The notes: a model not told the origin generated them from the sequence alone. Counted from the stretch's first letter, positions 9,789-19,252 are shown. The stretch is 64,000 nt of DNA from Parcubacteria group bacterium Greene0416_39 (GCA_007375675.1 VMEU01000001.1:40458-104457); one strand, 5' to 3'. Program-made: numbers and translations.

Positions 9789-10281
9789 AGGTTTCAGCGT
9801 AATCGAGATTCTCATCGCGATATTCGTCATCGTGGTGGCTTTGGGGAGCATTTTAAACGTGGCAGTTGTTTCGCTCAAGTCGTCTTTTAATGCCAGAACA
9901 GCACTTGAAGCCTCATCATACGCGCAAGAAGCCTTAGAAGCAGTAAGAAATTTCAGAGACGGAGTTGCCTGGAATGTAGACGACCCTGCAAACGAGTACG
10001 ACGGCCTTGGCGTTCTTGCAAAGGGAGTTGCATATCGCACAGCGCTTTCCTTAGGTAATCCTCCAAGATGGCGGCTTTTGCAGGGGCAAGAGACTTTGGG
10101 CGTTTTCACAAGAAGCATTGTGTTTGAACAAGGGCAGAGAGATAACCAGAACAATATTGTAGCTTCAGGAGGAAGCGCAGACCTTGATATGGTGAAAGTG
10201 ACTGTCACTGTTTCGTGGCTAGAGCAAGGAACAACAAGGCAGTCGCAGCTTATCACGTATTTTACGAATTGGGGGCCATGA
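9763..10281 (+). CDS. Minor pilin (PilV-like)
   Basis: KGFSVIEIL; AQEALEAVRN; VTVTVSW. Confidence 0.85.
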   Translation: MFLHLSYSKGFSVIEILIAIFVIVVALGSILNVAVVSLKSSFNARTALEASSYAQEALEAVRNFRDGVAWNVDDPANEYDGLGVLAKGVAYRTALSLGNPPRWRLLQGQETLGVFTRSIVFEQGQRDNQNNIVASGGSADLDMVKVTVTVSWLEQGTTRQSQLITYFTNWGP

Positions 10282-10347
10282 ACCCCGCACCATTTTTCAT
10301 ATACTTATGAGATTCTTTCAAACATACCACAAAAAATGGTGCGGGGT
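10282..10347. repeat. ACCCCGCACCA...TGGTGCGGGGT palindromic element
   Basis: Perfect terminal IR extended by ttttt/aaaaa. Confidence 0.8.
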
Positions 10348-10873
10348 GAAAAAAGGCTTTACACTCATTGAGCTTATAGTCTACGTGGCAGTACTAGGCA
10401 TGGTGCTTGCTTCCTTACTCACGTTTTTGCTTTGGGCCGTGAAGTCTCAGACCAAGGCAAATGCAATGCGCCAGGTTCTTGCAGCAGGCCAGAGAGTCCT
10501 GGAAGTGATTTCCCGTGAAGCCGCGGGGGCGACAAGCGTCTACACTCCAACGAGCGTGTTTGGCGTATCACCTGGCCAGGTTTCGCTCCAAACCGGATCA
10601 TACGTTCCTGCGGGAGAAACATCCTCCTTTATTGATTTTTATAAATGCGCAGATACGCTGTGCATGAAAAGAGAATCTCAAAATCCCTTGGCAATTACGT
10701 CAGATAAAGTTTCCGTGACAAGTCTTATCTTTTCCCATGTGGTTACGGGGCAGAATCGTTCTTCTTTGCAGATAACAATAACCCTTGCGGCTAAGACTTC
10801 TTCTCCAAATGCTGAATATCAAGCGTCCATCACCCTAACAGATGCCGTAACTTTGAGATCGTATGCCCAGTAG
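10307..10873 (+). CDS. Minor pilin (PilW-like); alternative GTG start at 10346
   Basis: KKGFTLIELIVY. Confidence 0.85.
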   Translation: MRFFQTYHKKWCGVKKGFTLIELIVYVAVLGMVLASLLTFLLWAVKSQTKANAMRQVLAAGQRVLEVISREAAGATSVYTPTSVFGVSPGQVSLQTGSYVPAGETSSFIDFYKCADTLCMKRESQNPLAITSDKVSVTSLIFSHVVTGQNRSSLQITITLAAKTSSPNAEYQASITLTDAVTLRSYAQ

Positions 10874-12101
10874 AAATAGACAACAAGGATTTTCTGCAAT
10901 CTATGTGAGTGTTTTGGTCGTATTCCTGACCTTGTCTATCGGCGCGAATATTTTTCTCTTAGCTTCAACATCCCAGAAAACCGTCGTAAACGAGCGGCTT
11001 TCCCTTCAGTCTTTGTACGCTGCAGAGTCAGGAGTTGAGGATGCCTTGTTACGCCTTAAGAAAGGAATAAGCTGGACCAATCCTTTATCTGTCCTTGTTG
11101 GGAATGCGCAAGCTCAGACAACAATTTCCAATCTCGTCGGGGGAGCAAGAACAGTTCTCGCCACAGGTAACTTGGCAAGCAGGACAAGGAGGGTTCAGGC
11201 AGTGTACGCAATTGACAGCTCCGTGCCCTCATTCTTTTACGGAGCCCAGGTGGGGACAGGAGGTGTCGTAATGGACAACTTGAGCAAGATCACAGGGAAT
11301 GTGTTTTCCAACGGAAACATCCAAGGATCGTCTGGCACCACGATTACAGGCACTGCAATAGTTGCAGGCCAAGCCAACACCATAACGAATGCTTCCATTA
11401 CGCAGGATGCCTATGTTCAGTCGTGCGTGAATTCTTCAGTGGGAGGAATCTTGCATGCCGCAGCGCAGTCAGGGTGTACCTTTGCTTCACTTACTGCTTT
11501 AGGGATTCCGGTCTCGTCTGCTCCTCTTCCCATTAGCCAGGCAGAAATTGATGAATGGAAGCAAGATGCCTTGGCAGGAGGCGTGATATCTGGAAACTAT
11601 GAATTGTCAGGAACCGAGAGCGCAACGCTTGGTCCTAAAAAGATTCAAGGCAGTCTTACTGTCCAGAATTTTGCCCAGCTAACTCTCGCTGGAACTTTGT
11701 GGGTGACAGGGAGTATAGAGGTGAAAAATTCTGCTCAGGTTCGCCTCGGCACTTCCTATGGAACTTTGAGCGGGGTTATCGTGAGCGACGGGAATATCAC
11801 GCTCCAAAACAACAGTATTTCTTCTGGTTCAGGCCAGCAAGGAAGCTACCTTATGTACCTTTCCACGTCACCGAGCGAAGAAGCAATAAGGGTCAAGAAT
11901 AATACGATTGCGGATATCCTCTACACGAGCCAAGGAGGCATAGATATAGAAAACAATATCCAGACTCGAGAGGTAACAGGGCACAGCCTTCATATACAGA
12001 ACAACTCCACGATTACCTATGAAACAGGCCTTCAGAACGCCGCATTTGTTTCAGGCCCAGGAGCAGGATGGAATGTGAAAAGTTGGAAAGAAGTTGAATA
12101 G
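10863..12101 (+). CDS. PilX-like minor pilin with beta-rich C-terminus
   Basis: QQGFSAI (no Glu5), YAAESGVEDALLRL, terminal SWKEVE. Confidence 0.8.
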   Translation: MPSRNRQQGFSAIYVSVLVVFLTLSIGANIFLLASTSQKTVVNERLSLQSLYAAESGVEDALLRLKKGISWTNPLSVLVGNAQAQTTISNLVGGARTVLATGNLASRTRRVQAVYAIDSSVPSFFYGAQVGTGGVVMDNLSKITGNVFSNGNIQGSSGTTITGTAIVAGQANTITNASITQDAYVQSCVNSSVGGILHAAAQSGCTFASLTALGIPVSSAPLPISQAEIDEWKQDALAGGVISGNYELSGTESATLGPKKIQGSLTVQNFAQLTLAGTLWVTGSIEVKNSAQVRLGTSYGTLSGVIVSDGNITLQNNSISSGSGQQGSYLMYLSTSPSEEAIRVKNNTIADILYTSQGGIDIENNIQTREVTGHSLHIQNNSTITYETGLQNAAFVSGPGAGWNVKSWKEVE

Positions 12102-12108
12102 GAGATAC

Positions 12109-12172
12109 ACCCCGTAGTGAAACTTTGACTTGCTTTCGCAAACGAAGTTTGGTCAAAGTTCTACTACAGGGT
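12109..12172. repeat. ACCCCGTAGT...ACTACAGGGT palindromic element
   Basis: Termini shared with 54636-54714; right-end fragment at about 35229-35243. Confidence 0.75.
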
Positions 12173-12183
12173 ACAATAGAAGT

Positions 12184-13287
12184 ATGCTTGAATTTTTAAC
12201 ACTGCATCCCAACGCCTTTGGACTGGATATTTCTGACATGTCTTTGAAGTTTGTGTACCTCAAAAAAAGCGCACGGGGGGTTCACGTTGCTTCATTTGGC
12301 GAGTTTCCTATCCCAGAAGGTTTTATTGCGCAGGGAGAAATAAAAAAAGAAGAGGAACTTGCGGCTCTTATTAAAAAATCCCTGAGGACTCCTCAAGGAG
12401 AGAAGATTTCAACGAAACACGTGGTTGCTTCTCTTCCTGAAGAGCAGGCGTTCTTGCAGGTGATTCAGCTTCCTAAGATGGGTGTCAAAGAGTTGCAGGG
12501 AGCGGCTTCCTTTGAGGCGGAAAACTACATTCCCTACCCTCTGGAGACTGTGTACGTAGATTCTGAGTTTGTTGAGCCTGTCAAAGATCACTTAGATCAT
12601 GCCGACGTTCTTTTGGCGTCTCTTCCAAAAACAATCGTTGATTCGTATGTCAAAGTTTTTGAAAAGGCAGGGCTTCTTGTGCAAGCGCTGGAAATAGAAT
12701 CGCTCGCAGTGGCCAGAGCCCTGGTTCCGCAAGGGGTTTCCCTTGCGCCGCTGCTTCTTGTGGATTTTGGGGCAACGAGAACGAGCGTTCTCGTGTTTGT
12801 AGGGCATAGCATGAGGTTTACCGCGTCCATTCCTGTTGCTTCCCATCAGTTTACCGCCGCTATTTCTAAAGCCTTGGGCGTGAATTTTGCAAAAGCAGAA
12901 GAGTTAAAAAAAGCGTATGGCCTTAAACAAAGAGGAAAATCAGAAGGAGGCAAGGTGTTTGAATCCTTAGTGCCTTCGTTGGTTGACTTAGTGGAACAGG
13001 TGAAAAAATATATGGAATACTACGCGTCGCACGCAACTCATCAGCACCTGCTTAAAGAGGAGCGGACGATTCAGAAAGTACTCCTTACAGGAGGAGGGGC
13101 AAACCTTCCAGGCCTTCTTGAGTTTCTAGAGAGTGAATTAAACACAAAGGCGAGTATTGGAGACGCTTGGGTAAATATAGCGTCAAAGCCGTTCGGAAAA
13201 CTTCCTTCTCTCCCATTTGAGGAATCTCTCAGATACGCTACCGCCTTGGGGCTGGCGTTACGAGGGTTAGACAGTACCCATGATTAA
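12184..13287 (+). CDS. pilM: Type IV pilus assembly protein PilM
   Basis: FGLDISD, EAENYIPYP, VDFGATRT, LTGGGANL, ALGLALRG. Confidence 0.9.
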   Translation: MLEFLTLHPNAFGLDISDMSLKFVYLKKSARGVHVASFGEFPIPEGFIAQGEIKKEEELAALIKKSLRTPQGEKISTKHVVASLPEEQAFLQVIQLPKMGVKELQGAASFEAENYIPYPLETVYVDSEFVEPVKDHLDHADVLLASLPKTIVDSYVKVFEKAGLLVQALEIESLAVARALVPQGVSLAPLLLVDFGATRTSVLVFVGHSMRFTASIPVASHQFTAAISKALGVNFAKAEELKKAYGLKQRGKSEGGKVFESLVPSLVDLVEQVKKYMEYYASHATHQHLLKEERTIQKVLLTGGGANLPGLLEFLESELNTKASIGDAWVNIASKPFGKLPSLPFEESLRYATALGLALRGLDSTHD

Positions 13288-13801
13288 TCTTCTTCCTGCT
13301 TCGTACAAGAACCGTTTGCGTTTAGAAGAGAACTTCCGCCTTCTTCTTATTCTCTCCACCGCTTTGGGAGTTTTTTTAGTGTGTCTGGTCCTGCTCTTTT
13401 TTACGGTCCGAGTGTACCTTTGGGGCGAGATCCGGGGGCAAGAGTTTCTCGTAGCTTCCCTCAAAGAACAATCCTCGGCAAGGTCAGAGGAGCTCAAGAA
13501 CATTCAGGAGCTTAATGCGGAACTTCTTGCAATTTCAGGCCTCTATGAAAAACGGCTTTCTCCAACGAGCATACTGGAGGGTATTTCTTCTCATCTTAAA
13601 CAAGGCATGTACGTGAGTTCTCTGAATATAGCTGCACGAGGAAAGATTACTGTAACCGGATTCGCAAATGTAAGAGAGGATCTGTTTGAGTTCAGGGGAG
13701 ACCTCCAGAAAGACCCGCTGTTCAAAAATGCTTACTTCCCTCCTTCAAACTGGGTAAAGCCCGCGGATATCGTATTTTCTTTCAGCGCTGAACTACAATG
13801 A
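13280..13801 (+). CDS. pilN: PilN-like protein
   Basis: MINLLP motif, TM helix, position after pilM. Confidence 0.8.
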   Translation: MINLLPASYKNRLRLEENFRLLLILSTALGVFLVCLVLLFFTVRVYLWGEIRGQEFLVASLKEQSSARSEELKNIQELNAELLAISGLYEKRLSPTSILEGISSHLKQGMYVSSLNIAARGKITVTGFANVREDLFEFRGDLQKDPLFKNAYFPPSNWVKPADIVFSFSAELQ

Positions 13802-14322
13802 CCCCCAAACGAAAAATTTTCATCACGATTCTCTGTCTCCTAGGTTCTTTGATTGTTGTTTTGACGTTTGGGATAGCCCCCCTTATACGGGGTATTTCCA
13901 AGGACGCTGGCAAACTTCAAACTCAAAAACAGGAGCTTGAGATTTTTGAGAAGGAAACCCAGGAGATTGAAAACTTCAAAATGTTCTCTCAAGAGAGGAA
14001 AGCAGATGTAGAGGGGCTTCATCGCCTTTTCGTTTCTTCAGAAACGCCCATCCCCTTCATTGAGTTTTTGGAGCAGTATGCAAAGCCATTAGGTATTGAA
14101 CTGACTATTATTCCAGGCGAACCAAAAAAAATTAGAGAAGACTTCTGGCCCTCCCTGGATTTCCTCGTCTCTTCCAAGGCTTCGTATCCTGCAGCTTTTG
14201 CATTCTTGAGAGCAGTGGAAAACGCGCCTTTTGCCCTTGCCGTAGAAAACATCGCCTTTTTAAGTGTTCCTTTGTCTAGTGACGTTGCATTTACCATAAC
14301 TCTCAAGGCATACACGAAATGA
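13798..14322 (+). CDS. pilO: PilO-like protein
   Basis: TM plus coiled coil, position after pilN. Confidence 0.65.
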   Translation: MTPKRKIFITILCLLGSLIVVLTFGIAPLIRGISKDAGKLQTQKQELEIFEKETQEIENFKMFSQERKADVEGLHRLFVSSETPIPFIEFLEQYAKPLGIELTIIPGEPKKIREDFWPSLDFLVSSKASYPAAFAFLRAVENAPFALAVENIAFLSVPLSSDVAFTITLKAYTK

Positions 14323-14615
14323 GATTACGCATAGGGACATCAAAAGAATACCTAAAAAAAGTTCCCCACACGCTTGGAGAACACGCATTTTTGTTCACCC
14401 TGTTCCTTATTGCCTTGGCGGTAGGGATCAGCGCGCTCGTGTTTTTCTTCTCTGTTCTTTCCAATAAACCGAGAGAGACTGCAACGCAGACAGAGTCAGT
14501 AGAACTTCGCAAAGACGTTTTTGAACATATTCTCAAAGAACGAAGCCTCCAAGACCAGAAGGTACAAGACTCCAAGACCGTGCTTCCCAAAGACATCTTC
14601 CGCCTCAACAGGTAA
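14319..14615 (+). CDS. Small membrane protein (PilP position)
   Basis: Single TM, translationally coupled to pilO, ends in DIF motif. Confidence 0.6.
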   Translation: MRLRIGTSKEYLKKVPHTLGEHAFLFTLFLIALAVGISALVFFFSVLSNKPRETATQTESVELRKDVFEHILKERSLQDQKVQDSKTVLPKDIFRLNR

Positions 14616-14660
14616 CATTGACCAGAGAGGAGATTGGGGGTATAACAATCATGTATCAAA

Positions 14661-14774
14661 GGTAGTTCACCTTCGGTGAACCCTGGGGCATTTCTTAACG
14701 GTTCGCCGTTCCGCTCTAAGCGGAACATGGCTCACCTGAAATGCCCGACAAAACACAAGCAGTTGTGTTTTGTC
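14661..14774. repeat. Three-hairpin tRNA-associated element, copy 2
   Basis: Lies between TTGACC-17-TATAAC and tRNA-Arg(TCT); last 3 nt are tRNA nt 1-3. Confidence 0.8.
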
Positions 14775-14843
14775 TCCATAGCTCAATGGATAGAGCGGCT
14801 CTCTTCTAAAGAGCAAATCGAGGTCCGACTCCTCGTGGAGACA
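14772..14843 (+). tRNA. tRNA-Arg(TCT)
   Basis: GTCTCCA...TGGAGACA, GCTCT-CTTCTAA-AGAGC. Confidence 0.9.
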
Positions 14844-14854
14844 CAAAAGGATAT

Positions 14855-14931
14855 GGTGGGCGTAGCTTAGCGGCTAAAGCGTCGCTCTGTGGCAGCGAAG
14901 ATCGCGGGTTCGAATCCCGTCGCTCACCCCA
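14855..14931 (+). tRNA. tRNA-His(GTG)
   Basis: G-1/C73, loop CT-GTG-GC, encoded CCA. Confidence 0.93.
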
Positions 14932-14936
14932 AAATT

Positions 14937-15461
14937 ATGGGTCAAACATTTATCACAATTACAGAAGCTGCGCGGCTTACGGGGCAAAGCGATGCTGCCA
15001 TTATGCGCGTGATCAAAGACTGCCTTCAGCAGCCCGGAGTCAACCCCGAGGAGATTCTTAGAAAAGAGCCGAGAGGCAATGGCTTTCTTTACGTTGTGAA
15101 CAAGGAAGTGTTGCTCAGAGAGCTTGGAGGAACAAAGGAAGAGCAACAGCCTGCTCAAGAAACGAAAGAAGCCCCAGAGCTCAAGCAAACCCCTTCGACA
15201 GGTCGTTCAGACTCTGAAGAGTCCTCAGACTCGAAGAGTTCAGGGCAAGCAAGCTCAGGGCAAGCGCTTCTTGAGGCGAAAAATGAAATGATTGCAATGC
15301 TGCAGAAGGTAGTTGATACACAAGGAGGGCAGATTGAGGACTTGTCGGGAAAGGTCGACCAGCTCATTGAGCGCGACCGCGAGACAAACATTCTCCTCAA
15401 AACCCTTCAGGATAAACTTTTTCTTCTTTCCGGCAAAGGCGAGAACAAAAAGCACGCCTAA
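14937..15461 (+). CDS. HTH plus coiled-coil hypothetical protein with in-frame palindromic insert
   Basis: ITITEAARLTGQS HTH-like start; C-terminal coiled coil. Confidence 0.7.
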   Translation: MGQTFITITEAARLTGQSDAAIMRVIKDCLQQPGVNPEEILRKEPRGNGFLYVVNKEVLLRELGGTKEEQQPAQETKEAPELKQTPSTGRSDSEESSDSKSSGQASSGQALLEAKNEMIAMLQKVVDTQGGQIEDLSGKVDQLIERDRETNILLKTLQDKLFLLSGKGENKKHA

Positions 15462-15467
15462 GAAAAA

Positions 15468-15629
15468 TTACTTCTCTGGATCTTCCAAATCAATTCCCTC
15501 GTCGTCTTCGTCAGAGTTGGATTTTTCTGTTTCAACACTCTCGTCGTCAGATTCTTCTTCAGGTTCCTCTGTTATCTCGTTTTCATCTTCTGGGTTAGCA
15601 AAAGAGTCTATAAGTTTTTCGTATGCCAT
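15468..15629 (-). CDS. Small highly acidic protein (53 aa; below ORF-track cutoff)
   Basis: MAYEKLIDSFANPEDENEITEEPEEESDDESVETEKSNSDEDDEGIDLEDPEK; TTGACA..TATAAT upstream on the minus strand (about 15703-15677). Confidence 0.65.
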   Translation of the reverse strand: MAYEKLIDSFANPEDENEITEEPEEESDDESVETEKSNSDEDDEGIDLEDPEK

Positions 15630-15755
15630 TGTTGAGAGATAGGTCTTTTAAAACGACCTTTTAAATTACGAAGTTCATTATAGATAGCCAAGAACCCTTG
15701 TCAACCCCGTTGTCCACAGGCTTGCAAAAGACCGAATTTTTTGCTACATTTACAA

Positions 15756-15870
15756 GGTATCCGCCTTCGGCGGACCCAGGGAAACCTTCGTTATGCCGTC
15801 CCTCGCTAAGCTCGGGACATGGCATATCAAGGTAGGTTTCCCGACAAAAGCAAAGCAGTTTGCTTTTGTC
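15756..15870. repeat. Three-hairpin tRNA-associated element, copy 3
   Basis: Near-identical core to 3632-3741; last 3 nt are tRNA-Arg(CCT) nt 1-3. Confidence 0.8.
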
Positions 15871-15939
15871 CCCGTAGCTCAACGGATAGAGTAGCTCACT
15901 CCTAACGAGCAGATACAGGTCCAATTCCTGTCGGGGACA
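15868..15939 (+). tRNA. tRNA-Arg(CCT)
   Basis: GTCCCCG...CGGGGACA, loop CT-CCT-AA. Confidence 0.88.
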
Positions 15940-15949
15940 CAAAAAACGA

Positions 15950-16024
15950 GGGCCCATAGCTTAGAGGAAAAGCGTTAGTATGGCATACTAAAGATCGTGG
16001 GTTCGAGTCCCACTGGGTCCACCA
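15950..16024 (+). tRNA. tRNA-Ala(GGC)
   Basis: G3-U70, loop AT-GGC-AT, CCA. Confidence 0.92.
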
Positions 16025-16026
16025 GA

Positions 16027-16112
16027 GGAGGGTTGGCAGAACGGCTATTGCGTCCGCCCCGAAAGCGGATGGGAGCAATCCCTTGCAGGTTCAAATCCTG
16101 CACCCTCCGCCA
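16027..16112 (+). tRNA. tRNA-Ser(CGA)
   Basis: Long variable arm, loop CC-CGA-AA, GCCA end. Confidence 0.9.
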
Positions 16113-16161
16113 ATACAGTTGATTTTTGGGGATTTTCGTGATACTCTACTAAAGACAAACT

Positions 16162-16527
16162 ATGTCTTTTTTTAGTACAGAAAAGAAAAAAACAGAAACT
16201 CCAAAAGAAACGCAAAAGCTTGTTGAGGAGCTGGGGAAGAGAGTTCAAGAACTTCAAAACGATTTGGCAGGATACAAAAAGGCAATGAAAAGCGCGGTGA
16301 CGAAAGTGGGAATCGTCAGGTTTAATCCGTTCCACGAAATAGGGTCTGACCAGAGTTTTTCCTTGGCGTGCTTAGACCAGGAGAAGAACGGATTTGTTCT
16401 CACGAGCCACTATCTGAAAGATCATAATCGCGTATACGCAAAGCCCTTGAAAGAAGGCAAGTCGGAGTATTCACTGTCTGAAGAAGAAAAGGAAGCAATA
16501 GCGAAAGCAACGACCAATGACCAATAA
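16162..16527 (+). CDS. DUF4446-like protein
   Basis: KVGIVRFNPF..IGSDQSFSLA.LD...NG...YAKP....S.Y.LS.EE. Confidence 0.8.
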   Translation: MSFFSTEKKKTETPKETQKLVEELGKRVQELQNDLAGYKKAMKSAVTKVGIVRFNPFHEIGSDQSFSLACLDQEKNGFVLTSHYLKDHNRVYAKPLKEGKSEYSLSEEEKEAIAKATTNDQ

Positions 16528-16543
16528 CCAATAATGGATACCA

Positions 16544-18001
16544 ATGACAAGACCACCCATCGTAGTTGTACTAGGGCATGTCGATCATGGCAAAAGCTCT
16601 CTTTTGGAAGCAATTCGGGAGGATTTTAAGATTACTTCAAAAGAGTCTGGCGGCATCACCCAACACATTGGAGCATACCAGGTTGAGCACCAGGGGAAGC
16701 AGATCATTTTTATTGATACGCCCGGCCACGAAGCGTTTTCTGCAATGAGAAGCAGAGGAGCAAGGGTTGCAGATATTGCAGTTCTTGTTGTTGCTGCAGA
16801 CCAGGGCGTACAGCAACAGACCAGAGAAGCAATCTTAGTAATTCAAGAAGCAGGAATCCCCATGATTGTTGCGCTCAACAAAATAGACAAGCCAGGGGCA
16901 GATGAGGAAAAAGTGAAACGAGAACTTTCTCAGAATAATGTATTTGTGGAATCGTTGGGAGGAAGTGTTCCTTGTGTGAATACATCAGCAACTGCAAAAC
17001 AGGGAATTGGAGAGTTGCTTGAGATGATTCTCCTTGTTGCAGATCTTGCGCAGTTAATCTCTGATCCGCGAAAGTCAGCTCAGGGCATGGTCATTGAAAC
17101 TTCTCTTGACAGCAAACGAGGAAACTCAGCGACTCTTCTTGTAAAAGACGGGACGTTGAGGGCTGGAGACATCGTGGGGACGAGAAGCGCGTGGGGCAAG
17201 GCAAAGATTCTGCAGAACTTTGAGGGAGCATCTGTACAGGAAACTTCTTGTACACCAGTTGTCATGGTGGGCTTTGAAGAACATCCCCACATTGGAGAAG
17301 AGTTTCAGGTATTTGACAGTGAAGATAGCGCCCGGGCGTTTCTTTCCTCTAAGGTAAAAAAAGAAAGTACAGAGGTTTCTTCATTGTCTGGCAGAAACTT
17401 TCTTAACATAGTACTCAAGGCAGACGTGGCAGGATCTCTGGAGGCTTTAGAAGGTATGCTGTCTGTTCTTCCTCAAGAGAAGATTGTTTTGAGAATCGTA
17501 AACTCTGGGGTTGGAGATATTGGGGAAGGAGACGTTCGTCTGGCGCAAGGCACTAATGCAAGGGTTTTGGGATTTCGCACAAAGGTGAATGCGAGCGCGA
17601 AAGAGTTTGCAGAAAGGGAGAGCATCCCCCTAGAAACGTTCGACGTTATTTATGATCTCATTCAACGCGTTCGTGAAGTCATGGAGAAAAGCCAAGAGTC
17701 CCAGCTCATAAGAAAAGACATTGGAAGTTTGAGAGTGTTAGCGGTATTCTTGCGAGAAAAAGACAGGCAGATTATTGGAGGCAGGGTTGTTGACGGAGAA
17801 GTTACCAAAGGCGTTAGCGTGGAAGTAGTGCGCAACGGAGAAATTGCAGGCCAAGGCCGCGCTCTCAATGTTCAAAAGAACAAAAAAGACGTAGACAAAG
17901 CTCTCAAGAGCGAGGAGTGCGGCCTGCTTTTTGTGGGGAGTATCCAGGCAGAGGCGGGAGACATCCTCCAATTTCACATTCTTGCCCCTAATACTATATA
18001 G
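16544..18001 (+). CDS. infB: Translation initiation factor IF-2 (short form)
   Basis: [38 protein letters not shown]. Confidence 0.96.
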   Translation: MTRPPIVVVLGHVDHGKSSLLEAIREDFKITSKESGGITQHIGAYQVEHQGKQIIFIDTPGHEAFSAMRSRGARVADIAVLVVAADQGVQQQTREAILVIQEAGIPMIVALNKIDKPGADEEKVKRELSQNNVFVESLGGSVPCVNTSATAKQGIGELLEMILLVADLAQLISDPRKSAQGMVIETSLDSKRGNSATLLVKDGTLRAGDIVGTRSAWGKAKILQNFEGASVQETSCTPVVMVGFEEHPHIGEEFQVFDSEDSARAFLSSKVKKESTEVSSLSGRNFLNIVLKADVAGSLEALEGMLSVLPQEKIVLRIVNSGVGDIGEGDVRLAQGTNARVLGFRTKVNASAKEFAERESIPLETFDVIYDLIQRVREVMEKSQESQLIRKDIGSLRVLAVFLREKDRQIIGGRVVDGEVTKGVSVEVVRNGEIAGQGRALNVQKNKKDVDKALKSEECGLLFVGSIQAEAGDILQFHILAPNTI

Positions 18002-18003
18002 CA

Positions 18004-18348
18004 ATGACCAAAAATAGAACTTTGCGAGTGAGCAAGCTCTTCAAACGAGAGCTTGCAAATATCTTTCTCCACGAGCTCGATTTTCCCGACGGAACGTTCG
18101 TTACCATACTGGATGTTGAAGTTTCCCCAAACTTGCAGCAAGCGAAAGTTTATATTACGATTACCCCAGTAGAGAGATCAAAGCAAGTGTTCCTCATTCT
18201 TAAGAGAAACATCTTTGCAATTCAGCAGAACTTGAACAAACGCCTCAAGATGCGGCCTACCCCAAAGATTTCTTGGGTTCAGGGAGATTATGCCTCCCGC
18301 GCTCAGAGAATTGAGGAGCTCTTAGAACAAATTGAGAAGAATAAATAG
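18004..18348 (+). CDS. rbfA: Ribosome-binding factor A
   Basis: VTILDVEVSPNLQQAKVY, LKMRPTPKI; follows infB. Confidence 0.9.
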   Translation: MTKNRTLRVSKLFKRELANIFLHELDFPDGTFVTILDVEVSPNLQQAKVYITITPVERSKQVFLILKRNIFAIQQNLNKRLKMRPTPKISWVQGDYASRAQRIEELLEQIEKNK

Positions 18349-18349
18349 C

Positions 18350-18420
18350 GGCGCCTTGGCCGAGCGGCTAGGCAGGGGACTGCAAATCCTCGTACGGCGG
18401 TTCAACTCCGCCAGGCGCCT
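18350..18420 (+). tRNA. tRNA-Cys(GCA)
   Basis: GGCGCCT...AGGCGCCT, loop CT-GCA-AA. Confidence 0.92.
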
Positions 18421-18431
18421 CAAACAAGAAT

Positions 18432-18514
18432 GCCGCGGTGATGGAACGGTAGACATAAGGGGCTTAAAACCCCTTGAGGGTAACCTCGTGAGAGTTCGAC
18501 TCTCTCCCGCGGCA
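18432..18514 (+). tRNA. tRNA-Leu(TAA)
   Basis: Long variable arm, loop CT-TAA-AA. Confidence 0.92.
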
Positions 18515-18521
18515 CTAAACG

Positions 18522-18557
18522 CAAAAGCGGTCTCGCCTCATTAGCGGACCGCTTTTG
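18522..18557. terminator. Bidirectional intrinsic terminator
   Basis: caaaagcggtc...gaccgcttttg between convergent genes. Confidence 0.7.
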
Positions 18558-18570
18558 TCCTATCTGCGTC

Positions 18571-19044
18571 CTATCCTTCTAACACCTCAATGTAGGTACG
18601 TTTGGCTCCGAAGTTGAGTGCTTGCCAATAATCTGGGAACCAGATATCTACGATAAAGTTTTTACTTGGGTGCATGCGGTCTTCTACCACAAACACCTGG
18701 TCGCCGTAGAGATCCGGGAGCTTAATTTTTGTTCCCATAGGAAGAAAGTTTGCTGCCACAATCCCTTCCCGAACTGTGGTTCCTGCTGCTGTGATAAACG
18801 GCGTGTCGTCGGTCTGCCAGATAGTGGAAGAGTACGCGGTTACCACCACCTTGATTGTTTCCGCTACTATTTCTGGCGTTTGGGGCGAAGAAACCGGCAG
18901 GAAAGCACTCGAACTCACGAGAATTCCATTGTCCAGGTCATTTCCTACCCCTTGGGCTAATCCTTTTGTTCCAAACGTCGCAAGTGCTGCTCCAAGAAAG
19001 AGTCCGGCAACCAAGGCTAGCGCGTGCTTTTGAACGTGTTGCAT
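18571..19044 (-). CDS. 3D (Asp-Asp-Asp) domain protein
   Basis: VTAYSS..QTDDTPFITAAG..GIVAANFLPMGT..VEDRM..VDIW; N-terminal TM. Confidence 0.88.
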   Translation of the reverse strand: MQHVQKHALALVAGLFLGAALATFGTKGLAQGVGNDLDNGILVSSSAFLPVSSPQTPEIVAETIKVVVTAYSSTIWQTDDTPFITAAGTTVREGIVAANFLPMGTKIKLPDLYGDQVFVVEDRMHPSKNFIVDIWFPDYWQALNFGAKRTYIEVLEG

Positions 19045-19160
19045 ATAAAAACCCCTTTTAGGGGCACACACAGTATAGAATAGGGAAGAGGAAAAGTCAA
19101 TACCTGCGCCTTGCGGCAAGTTACCAGAGGGGAACAAGCGATTGTATGGGATACCCTGAT

Positions 19161-19169
19161 TTATCCACA
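19161..19169 (+). promoter_or_regulatory. DnaA box upstream of nrdR-nrdJ
   Basis: Perfect TTATCCACA. Confidence 0.55.
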
Positions 19170-19252
19170 GGGTTCGTTTGACAGTCTTTACTGGAGTGCT
19201 AAAATTCAATCCTGGATGGGTTACTTTTCTTGTATGGTTAAGACGGTCTTCT

